In this document: positions 13,543 through 25,500 of the stretch, in pieces
How the letters are laid out: each line of letters opens with the position of its first letter
Numbering within the stretch: position 1 is the stretch's first letter
DNA from: Lytechinus pictus
Taxonomy: Eukaryota
Assembly: GCF_037042905.1 (NCBI RefSeq)
Contig: NC_087251.1
Span: 27,406,001-27,470,000, forward strand
Direction of reading: 5' to 3'
Length of the DNA stretch: 64,000 nt
Notes under the pieces: model-generated
What the model saw: only the letters and a program-made list of their open reading frames with translations
Databases searched by the model: none
Told to the model about the DNA's origin: nothing
Translations under genes and position numbers: made by a program

Positions 13543-16500
13543 GTAAGATACAAGCTCCGTTATAACTATGCCATCATTCCTAGCTCTCATACTGCATCCT
13601 CCATACGTACTATATTAAGTTGTGGCTTCACAATGAAATTGGTAGGTTTTGGATGCATCTTTGCCCGCAGGCGCACATCAGCAGATATTTTTGCAAATAA
13701 AAACTATTAAAAATTTGTCCAAGTATTGAGAGTCAATGCAATCAAAACAGGCCATACCCCATTCGTTATTGCTATCTTTCATAAAAGCAAGCGCATGTGT
13801 AATTTTTTCACACCATATTTTTTGTTGTTGCTTAATTGATATGCGGCAAAGCAAACATGTTTTAGTTGCAAAATACCATGTGGATTTATTTTTCTTTCCT
13901 GAATTTAAAGCTGGTCGAAAGCATAACATGCACTTTCAAAGCCTTAACAGAAGATTAGGTGGATATATTTAGTTTATTATGACATTATTTATATACTGTC
14001 TCCTAATCTATCATCACCATTTGAAAAGCTCCTTTATATTTTGTCCAGAAATACATTTGCCAAGCATTTCAAAAGCCCTAGGATTCAACATTCCCTTGCT
14101 TTGCACTGAATAGATTATCTTTTATTACTTTTTTGTAATAGTGTGAAAACTAGGTAATGTATATAAATTTTGAAGGGTGTATCATCTGTTTATTTTTCAC
14201 AGTAGATGGTTAATTTACTTTATTAATAATTTCCTGCCAGGCAAATACAATCATCATTTTATGAGTAAAGGTTGCTTCATTATTATTTTTATGTAATGAT
14301 TGTGACCGATTGTATAAAGAAATGTTTGTTTAAAAAATTCTGAATATCTGAAGAAATTGCTAGAAATGTTTTTATCACCCCCCCCCCTTTCCCGATAAAC
14401 CACTGTGAATTATTCTATGTTAGTTGAAATAATGTTGAACTAATGTATGCTATCTAGTGACTCCCATGTCACATATTGATCATATTTCATTCATCAAATA
14501 ATTTTGATTATAAATCATAATCTCATGCACCTCCACTTGCATCACATTGTTTTAATTCACTTTAATTGTCATAATTATTCTTGATTGAATGCTGACATTG
14601 CTTGGAACAGTTGTAGACAGTTAAACATTCTCATTAATTTTTCATATTTGTATACATGTGCTTGAACATACATGCAATACATTCACTTTAAATATCTGTG
14701 TACATTACAATTAAACATTCATATTGCAAATGATCCTGCAGATATTTGGATGCTATTTGACTATTTCTGTTTCCCATTTTAGTTTTCTTATTTTTTGAGA
14801 GATTTATTATCTGAGTAATTGACTATGTCTATTTTAGACAGGTGTAAATCATTCTTTATTGTAGCACTGAAATGAAAAGAATTAGAAAGTAACTGTTTTA
14901 CTCACCATATATGAAAAATAATATAGTATACCATTCTGTATTCTAGTCAGATATAGGCTGATTATGGTTAGAGGGGTCATTTCCAAAAATGATAAGTCAC
15001 TGAATGCTTATCAAAGACCCATGATTTTCAAAAGAAAAAAAAATATATTCCACTTTATTTTTATTTTTTTCATTAGACTTTGGATATTTCCCTTTCCGAG
15101 GTTATTGTATGATTTACAGACACTTTGAATTAAGTGTCCACCTTGAATTTCATCCACACCTATTCCAAATTCCATATATTTCATAGAATATTTTATCAGA
15201 TTGTATGGTATGCAACTGTTGTAAGCAATGCAAATTCTGTTTAGGCTTTGATGTTTTGATTATTTCATATTGCCTGACAATGCACCAGTGACTTAAGCAC
15301 ACTTTTAAGTATCATTTTCTACATCACCCTATGATTGCTTCGCGTTCATATGCATTTTTTAAATTATTAAATATCTAAGTTTGTTATTTGTGTTTAATCT
15401 CTGCTAAAACCATTCAGAGGTTAATGCTTTTTGGATTTTATTTCAAATGTTTTTATCAATTCTTTTTTTTAACTTGTCACCTGAGAAACGTGATGCTTGA
15501 AAAAAATAAAAGTATCTCCAAATTGATCAACAATGTGATAATGCATGGTTAATTTTTTTTGGTTCAGTTAGACTTAACCGATAATTAGTGGATTCATTGA
15601 TAACTGTGTGATTTCTTTGTTTGAAACAGGATTGATAGACATTGTACAATGTTGTTTTTTCTGAAATAAATAATCCAAAAGAAGTGAACTGGTTGTCGTG
15701 TATTGTAATAAAGGATTTTTAATATTTGTAGGGATTTGGTTTATATTTGATACTGATTTTCACAAAATACTATGTCTTTTGAAAAAGCATTTGAGGTGTT
15801 TAGTGAAATCAGCCATGTCAATCCATAGTTATGATTATATATGACCTTCAAACATGACAGAAATGTCACATTGGCCTTCTAACTATTAAGATTAAAAAGA
15901 CTTATTGATGAACATGCATCTCAAATAGCTAGGGTATGAATAATTTTGTGCACATTAGAAAATGTCAACTCAGACGAGAACCTTTAAAAAACTTTGAGAA
16001 ACTTTTGTGACTGACCTGAAAATACAAAATCATTTCTAGTTTAATACATTGTACAGGTCTATCAGCCTGTTGTTTTATAACACCTTATCATGTTTCAAGC
16101 ATGACATCTAAACTTTAGAGAGAGAAAAATGTATGCTTATGTAAAACTGCTAATATTAGAACTTACCACCCACACGGGAGAGAAAAACAAAATAATTTGA
16201 CAATTTCTGTGCGTGCATGATGGATTTTGCGCTATCCCACACACCGACCCAGATGCATTGATCACTTATTCCTTCAAATATCATCTTTGTTTTCCCATGT
16301 GGCTTATTCAAGAAGTTCAGTCTAAGCTTTCCATTGCTACTTCAAAGAAACAGGATGAGAAAGAGCTATGCAGGATTTTGAATTTACACCCACTCACTCC
16401 CCAAAGTGTTTTTGTGCATTTGAAAAATGACATCATATCTATTCCTTGTCCATTACATCAGAGTTAACTAACCATGGAGATAATTTTGAATTTTGTGCAT

Positions 16501-16993
16501 GCCTCTTGATGATAAATCAAATTTCTCATTCAGAATTGTTTTGTTTTCCTGTGAGGGTTAAATTTTATAATGTTGGTTATGGATATCAATTTCACCAAGG
16601 GTACATGTGGTATTTGTAGCATACATATTGTATGGGTCTAACCGTGACCAATTACATATTTAATAATCCATGTCAAGAATTCCATTTCTTAACCATGTTT
16701 TCACCCCTTTTGCATCATGGAGCTATAGCTTTGAATGATCAGTGTTCTATGAAAAATTACACTTTGTCATTCATTGGTTTTTCTTTCTTTCATGATTTTA
16801 ACTCATTCGTTCTTTTTTTCTTTCCATTTGTTTTTTTTATATCTGTTTCTCCCACACCCTACGCTGTACACATGCACACACTCACGCTTGTACATCACAC
16901 GGTTTGCTTGTTAATGTCGTCTTTTCATTCTTTCGTTAACCCATCTTCATCCCCCCCCTCCAAACGTGTTTTTACTTTGTCAAACAACTTTAG

Positions 16994-17056
16994 GGTGACT
17001 CTAACGTGGAGCGCTTGGCTGTAGCTAACAGCCGTGCTAGCAAGCTTCTGAAATAA
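16994..17056 (+). CDS. SNAP25: SNAP-25 alternative terminal exon A (GDSNVERLAVANSRASKLLK*)
   Basis: ctttag| phase-0 acceptor. The peptide aligns without gaps to the SNAP-25 C-terminus (human [22 protein letters not shown]). AATAAA overlaps the stop codon. Confidence 0.85.
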   Translation, partial: GDSNVERLAVANSRASKLLK

Positions 17057-17916
17057 ACCCTTACATGGATTGCTATGCGTGGGGATGGAGTTGCACACCA
17101 CACCCAGTGGAATCATCCAAGATTAATAAAAGATTAACCATCAAAAGCAGTTCATACATTTTTATTTGATTTTAGTTATCCATCAGGAATACTACAACTG
17201 CAATGAAAATAGTTTGGAGTACTTTTTTTCTCTCTTGAGAATGACAACACTTAATTCTAAATTTTCTGTATGTTGTTTATCATGAAAGCAATTTACCGTA
17301 CTTGATTATTTCATGAAAGCAAAGTAGTATTTTGCTGGTATCGTATATTTTCTCAAGCACATCAGTCTGAATTTCCCCATTTTTGCCTTCATGCATATGA
17401 ATGGCTCTTTGATATAAACCTGACACAATACAAACATTTTTAGTTTAATAGGCACAAAACACATCATGCTTGGGATCCATCTATTGAATTGTATAGATCC
17501 TAAATGTTTTCAACCGGAACTATATCAGCTATTAATTTTTAAATCCTCCCATTCAAACTTAAAACTCCAACCAAATATCATTGTGAATAAAGTTAACATT
17601 TTTCCCCTGCAATATTTACCGTGTCATTTTTTTTATTGTCAATGAATGAAAGAGACTTCAGTTCGAGAAGCAAGAACACAAATCAATTCAAATTATGTCG
17701 AGCAGCCTTGTAGAATATATAGGCTTAGTAAGATTCAGAAATGATGTAAAATTGCAAAATAACTGTTTTTACATATTTTTCAAAAGAAACCATACAATTT
17801 CAGTATTCTATATTAATAGGGAATGTACTAGCAATCACCATTTTGGGTATTATTTTGTCGCAGAAGATCATACGCAAATTTAAAGGTTAATAATCCATCC
17901 TATATATATCTCTTCT

Positions 17917-18028
17917 GGGCCCTGTTGCATAAAAGTTACTATTATGGTAACTACCATGGTAACGATGATCATCAGCCAATCAAATCCAAGGATGCATAAA
18001 AATGCTAACTTTTATGCAACACTGGCCC
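17917..18028. mobile_element. Short MITE (related to 56642-56800)
   Basis: TIRs gggccctgttgcataaaagtt / aacttttatgcaacactggccc, with an internal taccatggta motif shared with the 56.7 kb copy. Confidence 0.55.
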
Positions 18029-21000
18029 TGGTCCCCTTCCTGAAGTCATAAATTAGTCAACCACAGCTTGTTATAAAATGGGTGTTACCTTTTGAGAGTC
18101 ATTTGGATGAAGCCATGCCTAGAAGACATCTCTCGATATTATTTTAAGCTCACAGAACAAACTTCCCTGCAATAAACCTTTATAAATTATCATTCCATAT
18201 TACTATTTCTCAAGTATCTGTGTGATTCCCCCATTCATGTACCCGTCTTTGGATAGTGGTTTGATAATTGTTTTATCTCACATAGTTTAGTGCGACCCCT
18301 TTGCTTCTCATATAATCTCATATTTAATTGTATTCTATACCTATTTTATATATCATTTTACAGGACATGTCCTTACTTAATCCCAGTGTTCATTTAATAA
18401 TTGTTCTCCAGTTCTCTGTAATCTGGCAAAATGTAAATCTGTCCTTTTGAAAAACTCTATGCAATTTTCTGAATGTTGAATGGATGTTTGAACATAAAGT
18501 GATGGTAATACTGAAATTGCTCCCCCCATTTTGTCTTTTGATGGCATCTAAAATTGTTGCAGATGTAGTACGGTTTTGGAAAGGATTTCTTAGTTGTTTA
18601 ATCATGGTACAGTTGTGTAAAGTTTGTGACCTTATTCTCAAAATTGGCAAAAAAGTTTTGTATTGTTATTGATTATATTGTAACTGGGTTAAAGTGCTTA
18701 TCCATTTATGAAAAAAAAATTGCCACAAAATTTTCCTTACAAGTCTTTTTGAAAGACAATTGAATATTGAATTTTAGAAGTTATAATTTTTTGATAGAAT
18801 TATCCTTTTGTATATTTTATCAGACAGCAGTCTTTTATTTATTGCATCATTGCGTGGAAAATTCAATCAATTTCTGAATATAATTACCAGATATTGTTGG
18901 TTTTTATATGATCCATCATTCCTCCCACCAATTGTTCTTGAAAACATCATGCAACATTTTATATTAAAAGAAAAAGAAACAGTTTGGCCCTTGTTACAAG
19001 CATTTTACAATTGGAAATAGAGCGCCTGAAAAAATGTAGCAGTTTGATAGAGCATTATGAAAATTTTCACACACAAAATTTGTCATGAATTTGTTCATTG
19101 TGTCCTAGGGTATGGCCACATGAATACCTGATAATTAGCAAAAGTGATGAAGTGAAGTAATTACTCCTGGTTCATTGCTGTTTAGAACCAGGCCAATTTA
19201 TAATCATTCCATTAAGACCAAGTAGGTATTCATGTGGACACATAATGTGTTATCATTAGACAATTCCCTGAAAACTTGGGCTGTGGATGATTTTAATGGG
19301 ATATGGTGTCCATAATGCCAAAATTCCCCCAAAAACGAAATTTGATGGAATCACTTCAGGATCTATTACTTGCATGGTCCTAATGAATGCCTAACTTGGT
19401 CTATGTACATATTAAAGTGTAATATATTTATAGGCCTATATGTATAACATTCCACATCAGATTCATATAGACCAATATTTAAACTCCTAAACCTTTCCAT
19501 GGCAAAACCTTGCTATACCCTCCCACTCACTTACACATCTAACTTGATATGATTCATCCTTCCTACTAGCATTTTGTCCGACACCTACTCCATGCATCAG
19601 ACCCACCATATTATTTTTGTCATAGCTGTTAGAGCCATCCACATTCTTTTATTATTCATACCAATTTTTATGAACCTAATTCAGACTTTACCAATCCTTT
19701 CTCTCCATATATCAAATTTCTCACCTCCCATGCATTGCCCCAAGCTAAAAGACATACCCAATCACCTCATCGTTTCATCTTCTTCAAGGGTCTATATATC
19801 GTCCTCATTTCCTTCCTGTTTTCCTCCTTCAAAACAAAGATCCTCATCAAGTTATCCCCCATCCTTTGCCTATTTTAAGAATGGCTCTGCATAATATTTA
19901 GCAAATTCAATAATATTGGCCTGGATTTGGTTCAAACGATTTAACCCAACCGGGGATAGAAGAAAAAAAATAGAGTGAATATCTGCCCACGCATTGAAGG
20001 AGGAAAGCATACAAACAAACTTTGATACAGGGTCATATGAAATGGGGGATTTGTGAATACAAGCAGGGAACTGCTGTCAAGTTTTTCCTCATGAGAAATG
20101 TCCTATTTTGGGAAAACAAGTTATCTATTTGACGGAAGTGATTTGGTGAGAAGCTATATAATGTAGGTGAAAACATTGGAATGCTTACTTCTTAAAAAAA
20201 AGGACAAATTTACATTCTGTTATTGGCTTGAAAGCAATATCAGTTTTGGTTGACATTTTCCTCAGAGAAGTTACTTTACAAAGATTATTATTAAGTTCGT
20301 GATAGAGAATATCATTATCCTCCAAAAGCTTTAACAGTCTTTTATATTATCTGAAAGGAAATGAGATAAAGTTTATCATTGAATGAACCTTCTCGGGACT
20401 CAGAGAGTTGCTCTTAGTATATTGATTGGACATGCTTCCTATTTTCCCCCTTTCGGGTTGTGTTTTTAGGAGTACCATAAAGTGAATGATTATTGGTTAA
20501 CGTAGGATAGCATTATTAGCATACATGAGTGTGAAAATAACTCTTGTGCACAAGACCAGTTTTAAGTACACTGCCATGAATAGGAAGGAACAAACTATAG
20601 CTAGAAACGCTTTTCCTCAAACTTGCCATGATTGTGTATGTATGTTCCATCGTGCTTGCCACGCTTCGTGTGTATCGTCATCCTCCACCTGACAGATGGC
20701 CACTCAGTCTCATGCGACCATAGGGCCAATTATTGGTAAACACCGCCCTCTCTCTCCCCCTCTCCCTCTCCATGTGTATCGTCACCACACCGCAAGCACC
20801 ATGCCTGATATATATTTTTATCCTTTGCCAAAGAAGCGCTTGTACTCAAGCACTGACATTATGGCCTATGATGAAAGCTAAAAGGGCATCGACTCATATT
20901 ACAGTGCTAATTGTTAGCTTTCCTTCAAGGAGGTGCTAACAGTCTGGCATCTTGTTCTTGAAATGTTGGCTATACCACTCTTTTCGGTTTTTTAGAAGTC

Positions 21001-21249
21001 ATTTTTTTTTGGGAAGTTGTCACAAGGGAGTCAACTCCATGGAGTCAATTCTTTGTTGATGTCACCACAAAATCTATGCAATGCAAGTTAAGATTTGGGT
21101 TTGTTCAAGGCTTTGCTTCCTTTATTATCTGGAGTCATGCTGGCCCTGGTCAGACCTGAATTTACTCTTTGCCTGACCAAAACACTTTCACATCCACATT
21201 TTGGCTGGCCAAGAAAGTCTTGATGAAAAAATGATTTCAGTGAATTCTC

Positions 21250-21600
21250 CCCTGATATTAACTTCTTTCATATCGAGATAGGGAATGAAATTCTATGAAC
21301 AGTCACATTCTACCCCCAAATCCCCATTCCACTGCTGTTGATGGCAAGATGTAAAATATTTGCCATCTTCTTTCCTTTCTAATAATAAGAAATAACCCTG
21401 TGACCTGCTCTGGACTGGGTCTGTAATGTTATCACCCAAATTTCCATTAAGTTTTATCTCTTCTATGTACCTTGTGTGAAATCTGAATGAGCATAGTCTA
21501 TAGATTATGTCCCTTGGTCTACTACTTGTATCATCCATTTGCCCTTTAGTATGATCTCTTTCTATGTTATGTCCTTTGAGTATGATATCTCTCCATTTAC
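21250..21600 (-). mobile_element. Possible highly degraded L1/Tx1-type ORF1 remnant
   Basis: Minus-strand translation IERDHTKG...SRPRDIIYRL resembles the LINE ORF1 motif IERAHR...RPRxII. Weak. Confidence 0.3.
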
Positions 21601-22214
21601 CTCTTTTTAAGTTCTGAATAAGCATAGTCTTGAACAATATCATGAATGTATTTGTTGCCCGTAACTCACGTTCACAATGCTTGCATGGATTTCTTGTTAT
21701 TGCATCTACTTTTCACCAATTACTTTGATATTCATGTCAGTTACATTTCAAGTTTATTTCAATTGCTTAGATGCTCTTATGACATTATATGCATGGTAAA
21801 TCTTTTTTATCTGTCAATAATAATCATAATACTAACCACCAAGTCAAGATAATGCCAGCCATAATTACTCAAAATGTTATGTTCTTGTATATTCATTCCA
21901 GTGCAGAAACAATGCTGCAAGTGTAATGCTGTGTAATGATATTTAAACTAACCTTTTCCTTCTTTTAAAGAGAGAACAGTGCGCAGTGTTCATGTTGAAA
22001 TCGTTACCTTTATGTCTATTCATTATGGAATGATTATGTTTGTTTGCCAAACTGATACTTGTGTAACATGCAATATATACTCTTATGTTAACCCTCATGT
22101 TGCTAACTACTTTGTCTACCAATCAAGATGTGCCGTCCCACCAAATAATGTCATGTTCTGTCTTTTTTCCCCTTTCTCTCCTTTTTTACCCTCTGATCTC
22201 ACCCACTCACATAC

Positions 22215-22380
22215 AATCCACACCTTCTTCACATATAACCCCGCCCTCCTGACATATAACCACGCCTTCTTCACATCATTACGCCCTCATAACATAACCA
22301 CGCCTTCGTCACTCATAACCCTGCCCTCCTAACACACCACGCCTTCTTCATACTTAACCCATCATAACCCTACCCCTCAT
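22215..22380 (+). repeat. Degenerate ~20-bp C/A-rich tandem repeat inside the AG-free tract upstream of terminal exon B
   Basis: Repeated cataaccacgccttcttca / ataaccccgccctcct units. Confidence 0.6.
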
Positions 22381-22487
22381 TCTTTATCCATCACTCCCAT
22401 GATGACTGCTCACTTTGCCCCGCCCACCCACCTCCCCGACCTATGACTTCTGACCTTTACCTGTCATGTGACTTCCCCTGTCTGCAG

Positions 22488-22556
22488 GCACGCCTAAATG
22501 ACACCCGCATTGATATCGCGAACAAGCGTGCTACCACAATTCTGCAGAAGAATTGA
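22488..22556 (+). CDS. SNAP25: SNAP-25 alternative terminal exon B (ARLNDTRIDIANKRATTILQKN*)
   Basis: tgtctgcag| phase-0 acceptor. Gap-free alignment to the SNAP-25 C-terminus (TRIDIANKRAT vs human [11 protein letters not shown]). Confidence 0.9.
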   Translation, partial: ARLNDTRIDIANKRATTILQKN

Positions 22557-25500
22557 AAACATTACCACTATGCACTGTCACATGACTTGATCGATCATTG
22601 TCACCTGTTCTCCTACATACACGTATATCTTGTATGTACCAGTCACATGTGCAGTGGTATGTTACCCTTTATGACATGAACATTCATAATCATTCATTCA
22701 TTGTCACTCATACTTTGAACATATTCAGATAAGAGCTATGATAGGTCAGATTCTATGATCATGTTTTTTATGATTAATATGTAAAGTTAGGCAAGGAATA
22801 ATGACAAAACTTTTTTCCTCAACTGAAAATGGGCATGAATTACCAGCTGCATTCAGTTTACAATGTGCAATATTCAAGATATAATATGTTGGGCTGTGCA
22901 TCTAAAAACAATGTGACGACAATTGATCTACATTCCGCTGGTGAATAATATTACATTGATATTAAGAAAAAAACCTGCAATATGTTTGTAAGCTAAAGAA
23001 AAGTAGAAAAAACAGTTAAATTTTTTTTAAATTTAAAACAGTAATAAAGTTAAGCTTGTAATTATGTTATCCTGTCAAATTATTGATTTTTTTTAAATGA
23101 TTAGTGGAATATGAATAAAAAAATCAGGGTATTGTACAACTAGGGTTTGGTTGTCTTCATTCTTTTTAGAATCCGTTTTTGGGGCAAAAAAATGATAATG
23201 AGAAATGCTGTCATTCTTTTTGTTTGCTCAGTGTGTATCTTCTGAATGTAATTACCTGTGTTGGTGCAGCAAAATGCAATATTTATGGAAAATTCCAGCT
23301 GAGAGTTTAACAGTGTAGAATAGGCTATTATATTTATCAATTTGAAGCATGTAGGATTCCGAGGCTGAGCTTTAGTATTAATTGCTATTATCCTTGTGTA
23401 GTTAGCTCAGGAAAGATATAGATATTGTGTATAAATGACTGTCTGCAAAATTTTATTGATTAATTTGCCTAGAAACATATATGTATGATATAATCCTGAA
23501 CTATCTGTTTGTAAATAGGTATATGTAATTGTGTATCCTATATCAATAACTATATTATATGCATATAATATACAATGTGTGTTTGCTTTATATTCATAGC
23601 ATCAACAGATATATATTCTATATTATGAAGTTATGTGCCAATTTCAGTTGGTAGAGGTTTTTTTCAAAGTACTAGGACTTGTGTGTCACATACTAAGTGA
23701 AAAAATGTTTTTATAACGTTTTATTTTTAAGTATGTGTCTTAACTGAATTCTTGCAGGAGAAAATTATTTCTGAAGTTTTAATTAGGATTTTGGGGTTCT
23801 TTCATAGCTTAAAATCATATTTATGATTTGATTCTTAGTACAATATGAATCAAGTTGGATTGATATTTCCACAACTTGTACCAAAAAACAAAAAATAAAA
23901 ATACAGTGCCTGAAGGGCTGGACTTTTGCTTTCAAATTGTAGTGTAAGGTTCTAAAGTAGCTACTTGAAAATCTTTTAAAAGATATGAGTATTTCTAATT
24001 TATTTCAGAAATTTTGTTGTTGTTATATGTTTGGACTCTTTAATGATTGAGCTGTTTGTGAGAGAGAAATGTTTATTGCCAATTTTCTTGTAACTTTGTC
24101 TTGTCAGAATAAATTGGAGATTAAACATTTGGTTAATAGCAAAATTCTTGCACTTGACCTATAATCATTAGTAGATTTAGAATTAAGGAATGTAAATAAT
24201 TCATGTGTGAATTTGCTACATCTGAGTACTATTCAGACAGACTATTTATTTTCCCTGTTTGAAGTAATGCAACAACATCAATTTGTACATAGATTCAATG
24301 AATGAATTTTCTTTCATGAAAGCTCGATTGTGATGTTGCGACATGATTATTTTATTTAATTTGCAATTTTTCAGCATCCTGAGTCTTATTGTACGTTCAC
24401 TGATAATTATTATTAAGTAGTGTTAATTTTGATTAAAATCGTGAATAATTTAGTGTTCTTCCTTGTTTAAATTGATACTGTTTAGCATTTTGTTTGTACT
24501 TTGCTAAATCTTGAATACCACAAAATAAAATACAAAGATTTAAAAGAACTTAAAAGCAAGTCAAAAATAAAAGTAATGAAAACTAAATATTTTGTTTTTA
24601 AATTTGACTTTTGTGCTAATTGTTGAGTGTAGGATAAAGGATGGGGTGTTGTGTGAATTTGTTGGGTCATAGGCTAATGGTTTAAAGAAAGATCAATCCC
24701 AAATTTTATACACAGTGAAACATGGTGTCAAAACTACACCACCGGTGTCTTGAGAACTACACCAGTGTTACATTTAACACACTAGCGTTATAAAATTCTT
24801 TTGTTATTGTATTTGGTATTATGTTCAATTTTTTAAGGTGTGGCGATATTACTCTATCCAACACTGTCCACTTTTCAGAGCGCATAAACTATATCAGAAG
24901 CTAAAAAGTTTTAGCTAGCATTTTAGTTTGATGACAAATTGTCTCATTTGGTGGCAGTGGAACATTTTGACCAGACAAAGGTTTAGAAGAGTGAGCCATT
25001 ATTGTCCCTCTTAATTTGTTTTTCCTGATCAGATCATTGCAAAGAGATTCATGTAGTGATATTTCATTTCCTAAAACACAGAATATTTTGAAATGATAAA
25101 AAATGGCAATGAAGATGCTGTGATATAAATGTGTTCTATACTTTCCTTTGCCTATTTTCTTTTTGATTCTCTGTTAGTGTTTTTTTTCCAAACTAAAATG
25201 TTTTGTATCAAATCAGTATAGAAATCTATAATTTCTTCCTTATTTGATTTTCTTTGAAACTGAGGACTCTTATACATATTCTATGCTTTCTACCGAGTGA
25301 GAAAAAAAATAACTTAACAAAAAATAACCCAACTTAACCAACTTTTTAAACATGGTGAATAGCTTGAACACATCTATGTTGTGAATGGAATGTTTTTTAA
25401 AACCATACCTATTTCATCATGGTTTTATATACCTATCAGAATTTAACAAATGTCCATTCTAATGTCATTGGACAATTCTAACCAGTATTAGAATTGGCAT

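Noticed and set aside
13543..13710. Extension of the 94-aa ORF 13426-13710 beyond ITSK
   Set aside because: SNAP-25 similarity stops exactly at the AAG|gtaaga donor; the remainder is intron read-through.
18364..18450. Acceptor-like ttttacag followed by DMSLLNPSVHL...
   Set aside because: No SNARE-layer similarity and no other support as a terminal exon.
19500..19895. Pyrimidine-rich stretch resembling the tracts before exons A and B
   Set aside because: It contains several AGs and no SNAP-25-like peptide follows any of them.
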